Origin: Cyclobacteriaceae bacterium
Lineage (GTDB): Bacteria > Bacteroidota > Bacteroidia > Cytophagales > Cyclobacteriaceae
Assembly (NCBI GenBank): GCA_013373335.1
Contig: JABXHZ010000169.1
Coordinates: 1 to 43,041, forward strand
Reading direction: 5' to 3'
DNA length: 43,041 nucleotides
Below are positions 18,833-28,271 of the stretch, piece after piece; the stretch's first letter is position 1, and each line of letters begins with the position of its first letter. The position numbers and the translations under genes were made by a program. Under the pieces are notes generated by a model that was given only the letters and a program-made list of their open reading frames with translations, did not search any database and was not told the DNA's origin.

Positions 18833-19957
18833 ATGAGATTCAAATTTTCAGTTCTTCTTCTCCTTTTCTTCACCTTTGATTGGACGCAACTCTTTGCACA
18901 AGTTTTGGAGGATTTGACCGATGAATGGAAGCAAGAAGAAGTGAAAAGTTGGTTTTCATCTTCCAACCGCCTAGATCAGTGGGTTAATTTAGGCCAATTT
19001 CCAGAAGCTTTTTTGGTCATGCAGGTGCCCGAGCAAACCTTGGTTTTTGAAGGTGAGCGTTTATGGTTTTTTTCAAAAAGAGACACTTTTCTGACTAGAC
19101 AAATCAAGGATTTAAGATCAGAATTTGGGAAAGATTCGATACAGCTGACCTATTTTAAGAAAAGGTTGGGAGGTGTCCGGCCGCTCTTGCAAAAGACAGT
19201 AAGTGTAAAAAATCTAGAAGTTGGCAAAGTGGAAAGCAGCTCCGTGGAGGGAAGTATAAGCAAGGTTTTCTCACGTCAGGAGGTTCGGGATTTCTTCTTG
19301 ATAGCTTTTTTGGTTGCCTTATTTCTATTGGCAGGTTACCGGCAGGTTTATCCATATATTTTCTTTTCCATAGTAAGTCCTAGGGGATTGGTCACCGATG
19401 AGGATTTTTCAGAAAGCGGAAGCCTTCAAAAGTTTTTCTCTTTGGACATTTTATTGTTCGTGTTTTTGGTAAATATTTTAACCTCGCTTGGGGCGATTTT
19501 GGGCTTGATCTTCTTCCGTCCGGATTTATTGTTAGGCTGGGGAGTGGATTCATCGGATCGGCTATTGGGACTTTGGTTATTAGTGGCGGTTGCCTTGTTG
19601 ATATTGACGATTGTTAAGTTTGTGGGCATCCGAATCATTGCGGTATTGTTTGATTTGTCAAGATTGGAGTTTCCGCATTTTTTCTATTTGCTCAGATTGA
19701 TTGTTTGGTCCAATTTATTGTTTGTGATGGTTGGCTTTTTCTACCTCATGAATGCGTATTACGAGCTTGAAATATTCCTGACTTTATCCTACAAGGTGTT
19801 TTTTTGGATGTATTTACTGGGAATAGGGTTTTTGTTCCTCACCATGATGAATCGTCTGTCATTTAAGAAATATCATTTATTTACTTACCTTTGCATCGCA
19901 GAATTGGTGCCTTTCCTGATTTTGGTGAAAGGCGTCATGGTTTTCGGACATTACTAA
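18833..19957 (+). CDS. DUF4271 multi-pass membrane protein
   Basis: Multiple TM helices; C-terminal HLFTYLCIAELVP motif; conserved position upstream of hemD in Bacteroidota. Confidence 0.8.
   Translation: MRFKFSVLLLLFFTFDWTQLFAQVLEDLTDEWKQEEVKSWFSSSNRLDQWVNLGQFPEAFLVMQVPEQTLVFEGERLWFFSKRDTFLTRQIKDLRSEFGKDSIQLTYFKKRLGGVRPLLQKTVSVKNLEVGKVESSSVEGSISKVFSRQEVRDFFLIAFLVALFLLAGYRQVYPYIFFSIVSPRGLVTDEDFSESGSLQKFFSLDILLFVFLVNILTSLGAILGLIFFRPDLLLGWGVDSSDRLLGLWLLVAVALLILTIVKFVGIRIIAVLFDLSRLEFPHFFYLLRLIVWSNLLFVMVGFFYLMNAYYELEIFLTLSYKVFFWMYLLGIGFLFLTMMNRLSFKKYHLFTYLCIAELVPFLILVKGVMVFGHY
19886..19893 (+). promoter_or_regulatory. Internal -7 element (TACCTTTG) for hemD within DUF4271 coding sequence
   Basis: TAC CTT TGC (Tyr-Leu-Cys) gives a consensus TAnnTTTG about 90 nt upstream of the hemD ATG. 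Confidence 0.6.
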
Positions 19958-19979
19958 AAGTAAAACGCATTATTCAAGC

Positions 19980-20753
19980 ATGACTGCATCGACAAAGGAC
20001 AGGCTCAGACCCGTTAAAAGTATTCTTGTCTCCCAGCCAAAACCAGCTAATGATAATTCCCCTTATTTCCAATTAGCGGAGAAATACAATCTAAAAATTG
20101 ACTTCAGGCAATTCATAGAAGTTCAACCAGTTTCTCCGAAGGATTTTCGAAAGCAAAAGATCGACATTCTAAAGCATACCGCTGTGATTTTCACCAGTAG
20201 AAATGCCATCGATCACTTTTTTAATATTTGTAAGGAGTTCAAAATTGAGATGCCTCCTGATATGAAATATTTCTGTATTTCCGATCAGACAGCTCATTAT
20301 CTTCAGAAGTACATTGTGATCCGAAAGAGAAAGCTTTTTGTTGGTACCAAAACAGCCCAGGATCTTTTTGATTATTTTAAAAAGCATAAAAACGAAAAGT
20401 ATCTTTTCCCATGTTCAGATATCCGAAAAGATGATATTCCTGAATATTTGGAGAAGAATAATATCGGTTTTACTGAAGCAATCATTTATCATACTGTAGC
20501 GGCTGATCTTTCCGATTTAGCGGATGTGAAGTATGATGTCTTGGCTTTTTTCAGCCCATCAGGTATCAAATCCTTAAAAGTGAACTTCCCTGATTTTGTG
20601 CAGGGTCCCACTAGAATAGCGGCTTTTGGGCCTACAACGGCAGAGGCTGTACGGGAACAAGGCTTGATTTTGGATATCGAGGCGCCCCTACCAAATGCCC
20701 CAAGTATGACGGGAGCATTGGAGCTTTATATAAAAAAGGCCAATAATTTGTAA
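19980..20753 (+). CDS. hemD: Uroporphyrinogen-III synthase, Bacteroidota HemD-like
   Basis: VKSILVSQPKP, VIFTSRNAIDHFF, FFSPSGI and IAAFGPTT motifs. Confidence 0.88.
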   Translation: MTASTKDRLRPVKSILVSQPKPANDNSPYFQLAEKYNLKIDFRQFIEVQPVSPKDFRKQKIDILKHTAVIFTSRNAIDHFFNICKEFKIEMPPDMKYFCISDQTAHYLQKYIVIRKRKLFVGTKTAQDLFDYFKKHKNEKYLFPCSDIRKDDIPEYLEKNNIGFTEAIIYHTVAADLSDLADVKYDVLAFFSPSGIKSLKVNFPDFVQGPTRIAAFGPTTAEAVREQGLILDIEAPLPNAPSMTGALELYIKKANNL

Positions 20754-20830
20754 GATTAGAAATCAAAATCAGTGGTTTTTCAGTTAAAATCCTTACAATA
20801 GTCCTTTAATCTGTAAAAGCCACTTTGGTT

Positions 20831-21808
20831 ATGATTTTGAGCTTACGCTGGAAATATATTTTTGCTTTTGCGATTTCGATCAATTTGCTGTTTTCCGGCA
20901 AGGTCTTTTCTCAGCAGGATGCGCAGTTTACTCAATACATGTTTAATGGCATGTATTACAACCCTGCATTTGCTGGGAAAGAAGGCGGTTATCGTTTTTC
21001 TGCTTTGCATCGCTCACAATGGTTTAATTATGCAACTTCCACTGGAGGTGGCGGGGCTCCTGTTACACAACTTCTTACCGCTCAAGGTAGACTCGAGGAT
21101 AAGAACATTGGTTACGGCCTTACTGTGGTTAATGATCAAATTGGAGCCACAGGAAATTTAGAGATTAACCTTCAAGGGGCTTACCATAAGCAAATTAATC
21201 GAACCACTTTAAGCTTTGGAGCTTATGTGGGGATGTTTTCCAGTTCATTAGATTATGGGGAACTTGTTGTGGTCAACCCTGAACCCAACTTGCCTACTTC
21301 CGGAAAAGAGAATTCCATGAATTTCAACGTTGGGGCAGGCCTTTTGGTGGATAGAGGGAATTATTATGTAGGTCTTAGTAGCCGCCATATAAATAGACCA
21401 AGTTTTGATTTTGGAGATGGGGGCATTTCAAACCCCTTGGAGAATCATTCTTATCTTTTGTTTGGATATCGGTTCCGACCCGTGGGACAATTTAGAGTGG
21501 AACCAAGTTTTCTGTTAAAATCTGTCTCCCTTAATAATTTTTCCTTTGATCTCAGCGTTATTGGTACCTACCAAAACCGAATCACTGGAGGTTTGGCTTT
21601 TCGAGGAGAGGAATCACTATCTGTGATTTTGGGCTATTCTCTATTGCCAGACAACTCCTTGACCTTGGGTTATGCTTTTGATTTGGTCATCAGTGGGTTG
21701 GAAGCCAAGTCTCCAACAAGTCATGAGCTCCTATTAAGGTATCGGTTGACAGAGGTAACTAGGGAAGTTCAGCGAGTAATTCAACGGACCCCTAGGTTCA
21801 GGTTTTAG
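20831..21808 (+). CDS. porP: Type IX secretion system PorP/SprF family outer membrane protein
   Basis: QQDAQFTQYMFN...NPAFAG, HRSQW, GYAFD and SHELLLRY motifs; directly upstream of gldK. Start is uncertain (20825 or 20831). Confidence 0.9.
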   Translation: MILSLRWKYIFAFAISINLLFSGKVFSQQDAQFTQYMFNGMYYNPAFAGKEGGYRFSALHRSQWFNYATSTGGGGAPVTQLLTAQGRLEDKNIGYGLTVVNDQIGATGNLEINLQGAYHKQINRTTLSFGAYVGMFSSSLDYGELVVVNPEPNLPTSGKENSMNFNVGAGLLVDRGNYYVGLSSRHINRPSFDFGDGGISNPLENHSYLLFGYRFRPVGQFRVEPSFLLKSVSLNNFSFDLSVIGTYQNRITGGLAFRGEESLSVILGYSLLPDNSLTLGYAFDLVISGLEAKSPTSHELLLRYRLTEVTREVQRVIQRTPRFRF

Positions 21809-21841
21809 GTTTTAGTTTTAAAATATCGGCGGAAATAATAA

Positions 21842-21877
21842 TAATTTATTGATTTTAAAGTTGGCAGGTTATTTGCA
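21842..21877 (+). promoter_or_regulatory. Putative sigma54 (-24/-12) promoter with upstream IHF-consensus site for gldKLMN
   Basis: TTGGCAGGTTATTTGCA at 21861-21877 has GG-N10-GC spacing. The reverse complement of 21842-21854 is AATCAATAAATTA, matching WATCAANNNNTTR. Confidence 0.6.
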
Positions 21878-21952
21878 TAAATGTCAAAAATTCCGCTAAA
21901 TTTCGCTGAATGAGAAGATTTTAAACTGGAAAATCATTTGATGATATAAAAA

Positions 21953-23056
21953 ATGTCATTTATGTATAATAAAATTAACCTACGCTTAGCGAGCATAACT
22001 TTAGGTCTTGCGATCGCGACAATTCTTCCGGGTTGTGGACTTTTTAGTAAGAAAGGTTCAGCCAGTGAAAAGTTGAACAGAAGAGGCGAAGTGACTGGTG
22101 TTCCTAAGCGAGCTCAGTGGCAGCAAAATCTCCCCTACGATATGGTGCCTGTGAAGGCCGGTACTTTTTGGATGGGACAGTCTGATGAGGATATCGCTTT
22201 TTCTCAATCATCCATGAATAAACAGATTACCATATCTGAATTTTTTATGGATAAATATGAAGTATCCAATAACAAATACCGACAGTTTTTGGAGTCAGTA
22301 AGAAATGGAGAACTCACTTATGGTACTCCTACCACCTTACAAGAAGAACCTCAATTTAATTTAGAAGAACTGAAGCCGGATACCACTGTTTGGTCAACCA
22401 GCTTCACTTTCCATTATGGTGACCCATTGATGGAGTTCTATTTTGATCATCCGGCATTTGATGATTATCCAGTTGTAGGAATTACTTGGGATCAAGCTAA
22501 AAAGTATTGTGAGTGGAGAACTTACTATATGAATGCCAATGATGAATTCGAGTTCGATCTACCAAGTTTCCGTCTTCCTACTGAAGCGGAATGGGAATAT
22601 GCAGCAAAAGGAGGTAAAGATGTTGCGAAATATCCCTGGGGAGGTCCTTATTTGAAAAATAAAAGAGGATGTCTCATGGCTAACTTTAAGCCTGGAAGAG
22701 GTAATTACATCGACGATGGCTTTGCTTATACAGCTCCTGTAGATGTATTTGCTCCAAATGGCTTTGGTCTGCACAATATGTCTGGAAACGTAGCCGAGTG
22801 GGTATTAGACGCATATTCTGCTACTTCCAGGACAGTTACTTGGGATTTGGATCCAGTATATGATGTAGAGACCGAGCCACGAAAAGTTATCCGTGGAGGT
22901 AGCTGGAAAGACATTGCCCATTATTTAGAGACATCTACCAGAGCGTATGAATATCAGGATGTGGCACAAGCACACATTGGATTCCGAACTGTAATGACCT
23001 TCATCGGTAGATCAGGTTCTATGGATGTTAAATCCAACAAGCGCAGAAGAAGATAA
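21953..23056 (+). CDS. gldK: T9SS/gliding motility lipoprotein GldK (PorK), FGE-sulfatase-like fold
   Basis: Lipobox LPGC; YFDHPAFDDYPVVGITW, FRLPTEAEWEYAA, NMSGNVAEW and RGGSWKD motifs; porP-K-L-M-N synteny. Confidence 0.92.
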   Translation: MSFMYNKINLRLASITLGLAIATILPGCGLFSKKGSASEKLNRRGEVTGVPKRAQWQQNLPYDMVPVKAGTFWMGQSDEDIAFSQSSMNKQITISEFFMDKYEVSNNKYRQFLESVRNGELTYGTPTTLQEEPQFNLEELKPDTTVWSTSFTFHYGDPLMEFYFDHPAFDDYPVVGITWDQAKKYCEWRTYYMNANDEFEFDLPSFRLPTEAEWEYAAKGGKDVAKYPWGGPYLKNKRGCLMANFKPGRGNYIDDGFAYTAPVDVFAPNGFGLHNMSGNVAEWVLDAYSATSRTVTWDLDPVYDVETEPRKVIRGGSWKDIAHYLETSTRAYEYQDVAQAHIGFRTVMTFIGRSGSMDVKSNKRRRR

Positions 23057-23108
23057 GAAAAACAACCCTTTTTAATAAAAACCAAACACCTTAATTCAAA
23101 CAACAAAA

Positions 23109-23897
23109 ATGGCTAGCAACAGCAACTTCTTTTATTCCAACGTCATGCCGAAGATCTATGGTATCGGCGCGGCTGTCGTAATTCTCGGTGCGATGTTCAA
23201 AATTTTGGACTGGCAAGGTGCTAACTGGATGATCGGTATCGGTTTAAGTACTGAGGCCGTGATCTTTTTCCTTTCAGCTTTTGAGCCTAGACCTCAAGAA
23301 GTAGATTGGTCAAAGGTTTACCCAGAGCTAGCCGGAGGTGAAAGTTCAGGAAGACCAAAAGCTAAAGCAGCTGCTTCTGATGGAGTGACTCAGAAATTGG
23401 ATGACATGCTTTCTAAGGCGAAAGTAGGTCCAGAGCTTATTGAAAGTTTAGGCAAGGGCATGCAAAACCTAGCCTCTTCTGCTGAAAAAATGGGCAACCT
23501 TGCAGATGCCGCTGTTGCTACAAATGAATACGCTACTAACGTAAAAACTGCAGCCAAGACTTTGGTGGATATGAATGCGTCTTATGGAAAGACTGCAGCC
23601 GCTCTTACAGAAATGTCAGCAGCTTCTCAGGATGCAAAAGAGTATCATAACCAAGTGAAAACTGTAACACAGAATCTTTCTGCTCTTAATGCAGTCTATG
23701 AATTGGAATTGCAAGATGCTAATAGTCATGTGAAGGCGTTGAACAAGTTCTATTCTAATATGACTACAGCAATGGAGGGAATTACTGCAGCAGGTAAGGA
23801 AACAGAAGCATTCAAAAATGAACTAGCGAAATTGAATGCTAACGTAAGCTCTCTAAATAAAATCTATGGTGGTATGCTTTCAGCTATGAAAGGGTAA
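23109..23897 (+). CDS. gldL: T9SS/gliding motor subunit GldL (PorL)
   Basis: YGIGAAVVILGAMFKI, GLSTEAVIFFLSAFEP, DWSKVYPEL and C-terminal YGGMLSAM. Confidence 0.96.
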   Translation: MASNSNFFYSNVMPKIYGIGAAVVILGAMFKILDWQGANWMIGIGLSTEAVIFFLSAFEPRPQEVDWSKVYPELAGGESSGRPKAKAAASDGVTQKLDDMLSKAKVGPELIESLGKGMQNLASSAEKMGNLADAAVATNEYATNVKTAAKTLVDMNASYGKTAAALTEMSAASQDAKEYHNQVKTVTQNLSALNAVYELELQDANSHVKALNKFYSNMTTAMEGITAAGKETEAFKNELAKLNANVSSLNKIYGGMLSAMKG

Positions 23898-23932
23898 TCA
23901 ATTCCATTCATCCAAACTGACAAACCAAACCA

Positions 23933-25546
23933 ATGGCAGGAGTAAAAGAGACACCTAGACAGCGGATGATCGGGATGATGTACCTGGTTTTGACGGCCTT
24001 GCTGGCCCTCCAGGTAAGTAATCAGATCCTCCAGAAATTTATCCTCATCAATGATGGGATGGAGCGAACCTCCCGCAATTATATTTTAGATAATCAAAAT
24101 GCGGTTAGTTCGATTGAATATACTGTAGAGCAGCAAGGTAATAATGAACGAGATGTTCCTAAAGTTGCTGCGGCACAGCAGATTCGTGCAGCTTCCAAAG
24201 AAATCTATGATTATTTGGAAGTTCTAAAAAGAGACCTGATTGAGCAATCCAATGCAAAAAATGAAGAAGGTAACTTCGTCAATGCAGCATTGAAAAACAC
24301 AGAAGTTGCCGGTAACATGTTTGTGAACTCCGGCAAAGGAGAAGAATTGAAAGAAACTTTAAATTCCTATCCAGCGAAAGTAGAAGAGATTCTTTCAAGT
24401 GTAGGAATTACAGATTTGAAATTTGAGCGTATTGCACTTGATGCTTCCGAAATTCCTCTTTTCGCCAATAATAGAGAGGTAAATGGAAAAAGCTTTGTCG
24501 CTCTGAACTTTGTCAAATCACCAGTTGGAGCTGTAATCGCTTTGCTTTCTCAGTACCAAAATGAAGTACTTAACATTGAAAGTGAAGCCCTCACAAACAT
24601 TGCTAATACAATTGGGTCCTTCTACTTCAAGGCTGATATTACTGAAGCTCAGATTTCTGCGGTTTCTAATATTGTAGCGGCAGGTACTAAGTTTGAAGCA
24701 ACCATGTTTATCGCTTCTTCTTCTTCCTCAGCTCGTCCTTCAATGTCATTGGATGGTCGTCAAATCGAGGTCGACGAAAAAGGTTTCGGTAGAATTGAAT
24801 TCACTGCTACTCCTGCTTCTGAATACGATGATAGAGGATTAGCAAGAAGAGTTCTTCAAGGAGAGATCATTACCAATATTGGTGGTGAAGACCAAGTTCT
24901 CCCTGTTGAATATGAATATTTCGTTGCACAGCCAGTTGTGAAAGTTTCTTCAGAAGTGGTTCAGCAATTGTATGCAGATTGTGCTAACGAACTTCTAATC
25001 GAAGTTCCAGCCCTTGGAAATACCTATGCTCCAGAGTTTAATGTAAGTAATGGTCAGGCGATCAAAGGAAACTCTCCTGGTCAAGTGACAATTATCCCGG
25101 GTGCAACTGGTAAAGTAACAATCGGTGTAAGTTCAGGTGGAAATAAAATTGATGACGTAACGTTTGATATTAAGCCTGTTCCTGCTCCATCACTTGTTCC
25201 TACCATGTCTAACGGAACTCCAGTTGATATTGCGCAAGCTCAGGCAATTGGCTCCTTGACTGGATTGCAATTACAAGCAGTTCCGGAACCAACATTTGGT
25301 AGAACAATGGCTAAAGACGCAAACTTTGAAGTAACTGGAGGTGAACTTCGATTGCTTCGAAATGAGGTTCCAAGACAAACCGTTCGGATTTCTTCTGGAA
25401 ACAACCTCGCTATGCGTCAATTGCTTGAAAGTGCCCGGCCTGGGGACGATATCGTGATCGAAGTAAATCAAGTAACCCGTACCAATTTTAGAGGAAATAA
25501 AATTCCTTCTGAGTTGAGACAAATTATTCGTATCGCGATCAAATAA
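23933..25546 (+). CDS. gldM: T9SS/gliding motor subunit GldM (PorM)
   Basis: MAGVKETPRQRMIGMMYLVLTALLALQVS N-terminus. Confidence 0.96.
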   Translation: MAGVKETPRQRMIGMMYLVLTALLALQVSNQILQKFILINDGMERTSRNYILDNQNAVSSIEYTVEQQGNNERDVPKVAAAQQIRAASKEIYDYLEVLKRDLIEQSNAKNEEGNFVNAALKNTEVAGNMFVNSGKGEELKETLNSYPAKVEEILSSVGITDLKFERIALDASEIPLFANNREVNGKSFVALNFVKSPVGAVIALLSQYQNEVLNIESEALTNIANTIGSFYFKADITEAQISAVSNIVAAGTKFEATMFIASSSSSARPSMSLDGRQIEVDEKGFGRIEFTATPASEYDDRGLARRVLQGEIITNIGGEDQVLPVEYEYFVAQPVVKVSSEVVQQLYADCANELLIEVPALGNTYAPEFNVSNGQAIKGNSPGQVTIIPGATGKVTIGVSSGGNKIDDVTFDIKPVPAPSLVPTMSNGTPVDIAQAQAIGSLTGLQLQAVPEPTFGRTMAKDANFEVTGGELRLLRNEVPRQTVRISSGNNLAMRQLLESARPGDDIVIEVNQVTRTNFRGNKIPSELRQIIRIAIK

Positions 25547-25570
25547 TAAGCGTCGAAAAGTTTAAAGATT

Positions 25571-26386
25571 ATGAAAAAGATCCTTCAATATTCCTTCGTT
25601 ATCATCTTGATGGCAGCTGTGTCTTGGACATTTGAGGCCCAAGCACAGGTCGCTACAAGCGTTAATCCTTCAGGGTATGGCGACCGTCAGTTTCAGATGG
25701 ACACTATTTTTTCGTCAAAACGAATTCGTGAAGACGATAAAATGTATCAAATCGGTGTTTGGAGGAGAATTGATCTTCGTGAAAAGTATAATCTTTCACT
25801 CTATGGTTCTGGTGACACCAAATCCAATGGGATCATCAACCAGATTTACAAGGCAGTAGTTGAAGAAAATGCTCTTGAAGTTTTCGGAGATGAAGAGTTC
25901 ACACAGCCTCTTTCAATTGCTGAATTCCAGGAAAATTTCTGGTTGAACGCCTTGGGAGATAGCATCTTTGTGAAGCAATTGTACTACTTGGACTTTAAAG
26001 AGGATTTCGTTTTTGATAAGCACCATTCTGACATGGTCTTCGACGTAAAGTACTTGCATTTGGTGATGCCATCTCAAACTAATTCAAATGCAGGTGAAAA
26101 GACTATCGGTTATATCAGATACAAGGATTTCTACAACTATTTCAAGGATCATCCTGAAGCTCGTTGGATCAACTTCCAAAATCTATCTAAAAGTCTAACG
26201 TACGATCAGGCTTTCGATACCCGACTATTTAGATCCGTGGTTCGTGAATTTACCAATCCTGATGAAGCTTTGATTGCAGATATGGTTAATCCAGATCATC
26301 CGAATCCGGAAATGCAGGCCTATTTAGATGCCTTGGCCTTTGAATATAAACTATTAGAATTTGAAAATTCCCTTTGGGAATGGTAA
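25571..26386 (+). CDS. gldN: T9SS/gliding protein GldN (PorN)
   Basis: IREDDKMY...VWRRIDLREKYN, KEDFVFDK and C-terminal FENSLWEW. Confidence 0.93.
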   Translation: MKKILQYSFVIILMAAVSWTFEAQAQVATSVNPSGYGDRQFQMDTIFSSKRIREDDKMYQIGVWRRIDLREKYNLSLYGSGDTKSNGIINQIYKAVVEENALEVFGDEEFTQPLSIAEFQENFWLNALGDSIFVKQLYYLDFKEDFVFDKHHSDMVFDVKYLHLVMPSQTNSNAGEKTIGYIRYKDFYNYFKDHPEARWINFQNLSKSLTYDQAFDTRLFRSVVREFTNPDEALIADMVNPDHPNPEMQAYLDALAFEYKLLEFENSLWEW

Positions 26387-26390
26387 TTAA

Positions 26391-26414
26391 AAAGGGAGCT
26401 TGTTAGCTCCCTTT
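26391..26414. terminator. Bidirectional terminator between gldN and uvrC, overlapping the uvrC stop
   Basis: AAAGGGAGCT-TGTT-AGCTCCCTTT with A/T-rich flanks. Confidence 0.8.
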
Positions 26415-28208
26415 ATTTTTTTCCATCCATTCCAATAAATCCTTTGCTCTACTCTTTCCAATCACTTCAACGATTTCCTCCTCTGATGCTTCTTTGATTT
26501 TCTTTACGGACTTGAAATGCTTCAATAATTTGTTGGCAGTGGATTCTCCGATTCCTGGGATTGCAGTCAGTTGAGTCCCAAATGCATTCTTACTTCGTAC
26601 TTTTCTATGAAATGTAATTGCGAAGCGGTGGGCCTCATCTCGAATGCGTTGCAATAGTCTTAAACTCTCTGATTTTTTATCGATATGAATAGGGTACATA
26701 TCACCCGGAAAATAAATTTCCTCCAATCGTTTCGCGATTCCAATAATTGGCATTTTTCCATATACCCCCAGTTCTTGTAAAGCTTCTACAGCAGCAGAAA
26801 GCTGTCCCTTTCCTCCGTCAATTACAATCAGCTTAGGAAGACTCTTCCCTTCTTCCAATAACCGTTTATAGCGTCTTCCTACAATTTCTTTCATACTGGC
26901 AAAATCGTTGGCCCCCTTGACTGTTTTTACGTGGAAATGACGGTACTCCTTAACTGCTGGCTTTCCGTTTAGAAAACAGACCATACTTGCAACAGGACTT
27001 GTTCCTTGAATATTGGAGTTGTCAAAGCATTCGATATGGTCAGGAATATCCGGTAAGCTGAGGTCTTCTTGAAGTTGTCGAATGACTCTGTCTTTTTTAT
27101 CCTTATTCAGCCCTTGAAGGAGTGCTTTTTCTTGTTTGTAGAACCGGGCATTCTTTAGCGATAATTCAATCAATTTCTTTTTATCTCCGATTTTGGGGTT
27201 TACCAGATTCAGTCCTTCAATCGGATTTTCAATTTCAAAAGGAACCAATACTTCTTCAGCATCACTCTGAAATTGGTCCTGTAAGCGAATTAATGCAGTC
27301 AAAAGAAGCTCTTCTTCCGATTCATCGAGTTTCTTTTTCAACTCTACATTTTTTGAGACGATCAAAGCCCCATTTTTTACGCGCATGTAATTGACATAGG
27401 CGTATTTCTCATCCGCAACCAAGGTGCATACATCATGGTTGTGGATGGTAGGATTGGTTACTAGGGATTTTGCCTGGTACTTCTCCAGCAAATCCAATTT
27501 TTCTTTTGCCCGCTGGGCTTTTTCAAACTCCAGATTTTGGGCATATTTCTGCATTTCTTGCTTGAAATAGGTCTTGGGTAAACCCAAGTTTCCCTTCAAA
27601 ATATGTTTGGCTTGATCCAGATCTTTTAGATAGTCGGATTCCTTTTGTAAACCCACACATGGCCCCTGACAATTTCCAATATGAAATTCAAGGCAAACCT
27701 TATACTTCCCTTCTTGGATTTTATAAGGGGAAAGGTCCAAGTTACAGGTGCGAATAGTGAATAAAGAGCGGATCAAATCCAATACATTATTCATGGCTTT
27801 CACACTAGCAAAAGGGCCATAATAGATTCCTCTTCCTGGAATCATTTTTCGGGTTTGAAAAATGCGGGGGAAGGGTTCTTGGGTGACCAATAAATAAGGA
27901 TAAGTTTTATCATCCCGTAGAAGAATATTGTACTTCGGTTGAGATTTTTTGATCAGGTTATTTTCTAAAAGTAGCGCATCAAACTCCGAGTTGACCAAGG
28001 TGATTTCGATCCATTCAATTTCTCGAACCATCCTTCGGGTTTTCAGATTGACTCCGTTGTTTTTGTTAAAATAACTACTTACCCGTTTTTTAAGGCTTTT
28101 GGCTTTTCCTACATATATCAATTCCCCTTCAGCATTAAAATACTTGTAAACCCCAGGATGGTCCGGGAGTAGATTGTATTCTGTAGGGCGAAATGAAGAG
28201 GATTCCAT
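26403..28208 (-). CDS. uvrC: Excinuclease ABC subunit C
   Basis: GIY-YIG (PGVYKY...IYVGKAKSLKKRVSSYF), IECFDNSN, IDGGKGQL, RDEAHRFAI and HhH (IPGIG) motifs. Confidence 0.97.
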   Translation of the reverse strand: MESSSFRPTEYNLLPDHPGVYKYFNAEGELIYVGKAKSLKKRVSSYFNKNNGVNLKTRRMVREIEWIEITLVNSEFDALLLENNLIKKSQPKYNILLRDDKTYPYLLVTQEPFPRIFQTRKMIPGRGIYYGPFASVKAMNNVLDLIRSLFTIRTCNLDLSPYKIQEGKYKVCLEFHIGNCQGPCVGLQKESDYLKDLDQAKHILKGNLGLPKTYFKQEMQKYAQNLEFEKAQRAKEKLDLLEKYQAKSLVTNPTIHNHDVCTLVADEKYAYVNYMRVKNGALIVSKNVELKKKLDESEEELLLTALIRLQDQFQSDAEEVLVPFEIENPIEGLNLVNPKIGDKKKLIELSLKNARFYKQEKALLQGLNKDKKDRVIRQLQEDLSLPDIPDHIECFDNSNIQGTSPVASMVCFLNGKPAVKEYRHFHVKTVKGANDFASMKEIVGRRYKRLLEEGKSLPKLIVIDGGKGQLSAAVEALQELGVYGKMPIIGIAKRLEEIYFPGDMYPIHIDKKSESLRLLQRIRDEAHRFAITFHRKVRSKNAFGTQLTAIPGIGESTANKLLKHFKSVKKIKEASEEEIVEVIGKSRAKDLLEWMEKNKGS

Positions 28209-28220
28209 GGAGCTAAATTA

Positions 28221-28251
28221 AAAAAACAGCTTTGAAGGAAAGCTGTTTTTT
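28221..28251 (-). terminator. Intrinsic terminator after the PBP1A gene
   Basis: AAAAAACAGCTTT-GAAGG-AAAGCTGTTTTTT perfect inverted repeat. Confidence 0.8.
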
Positions 28252-28271
28252 AGGATAGTGCTTATATAGAC

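Noticed and set aside
21829-21896. GCGGAA...TTCCGC inverted repeat around the gldK promoter
   Set aside because: Only 6 bp with a spacer of about 56 nt, compatible with chance.
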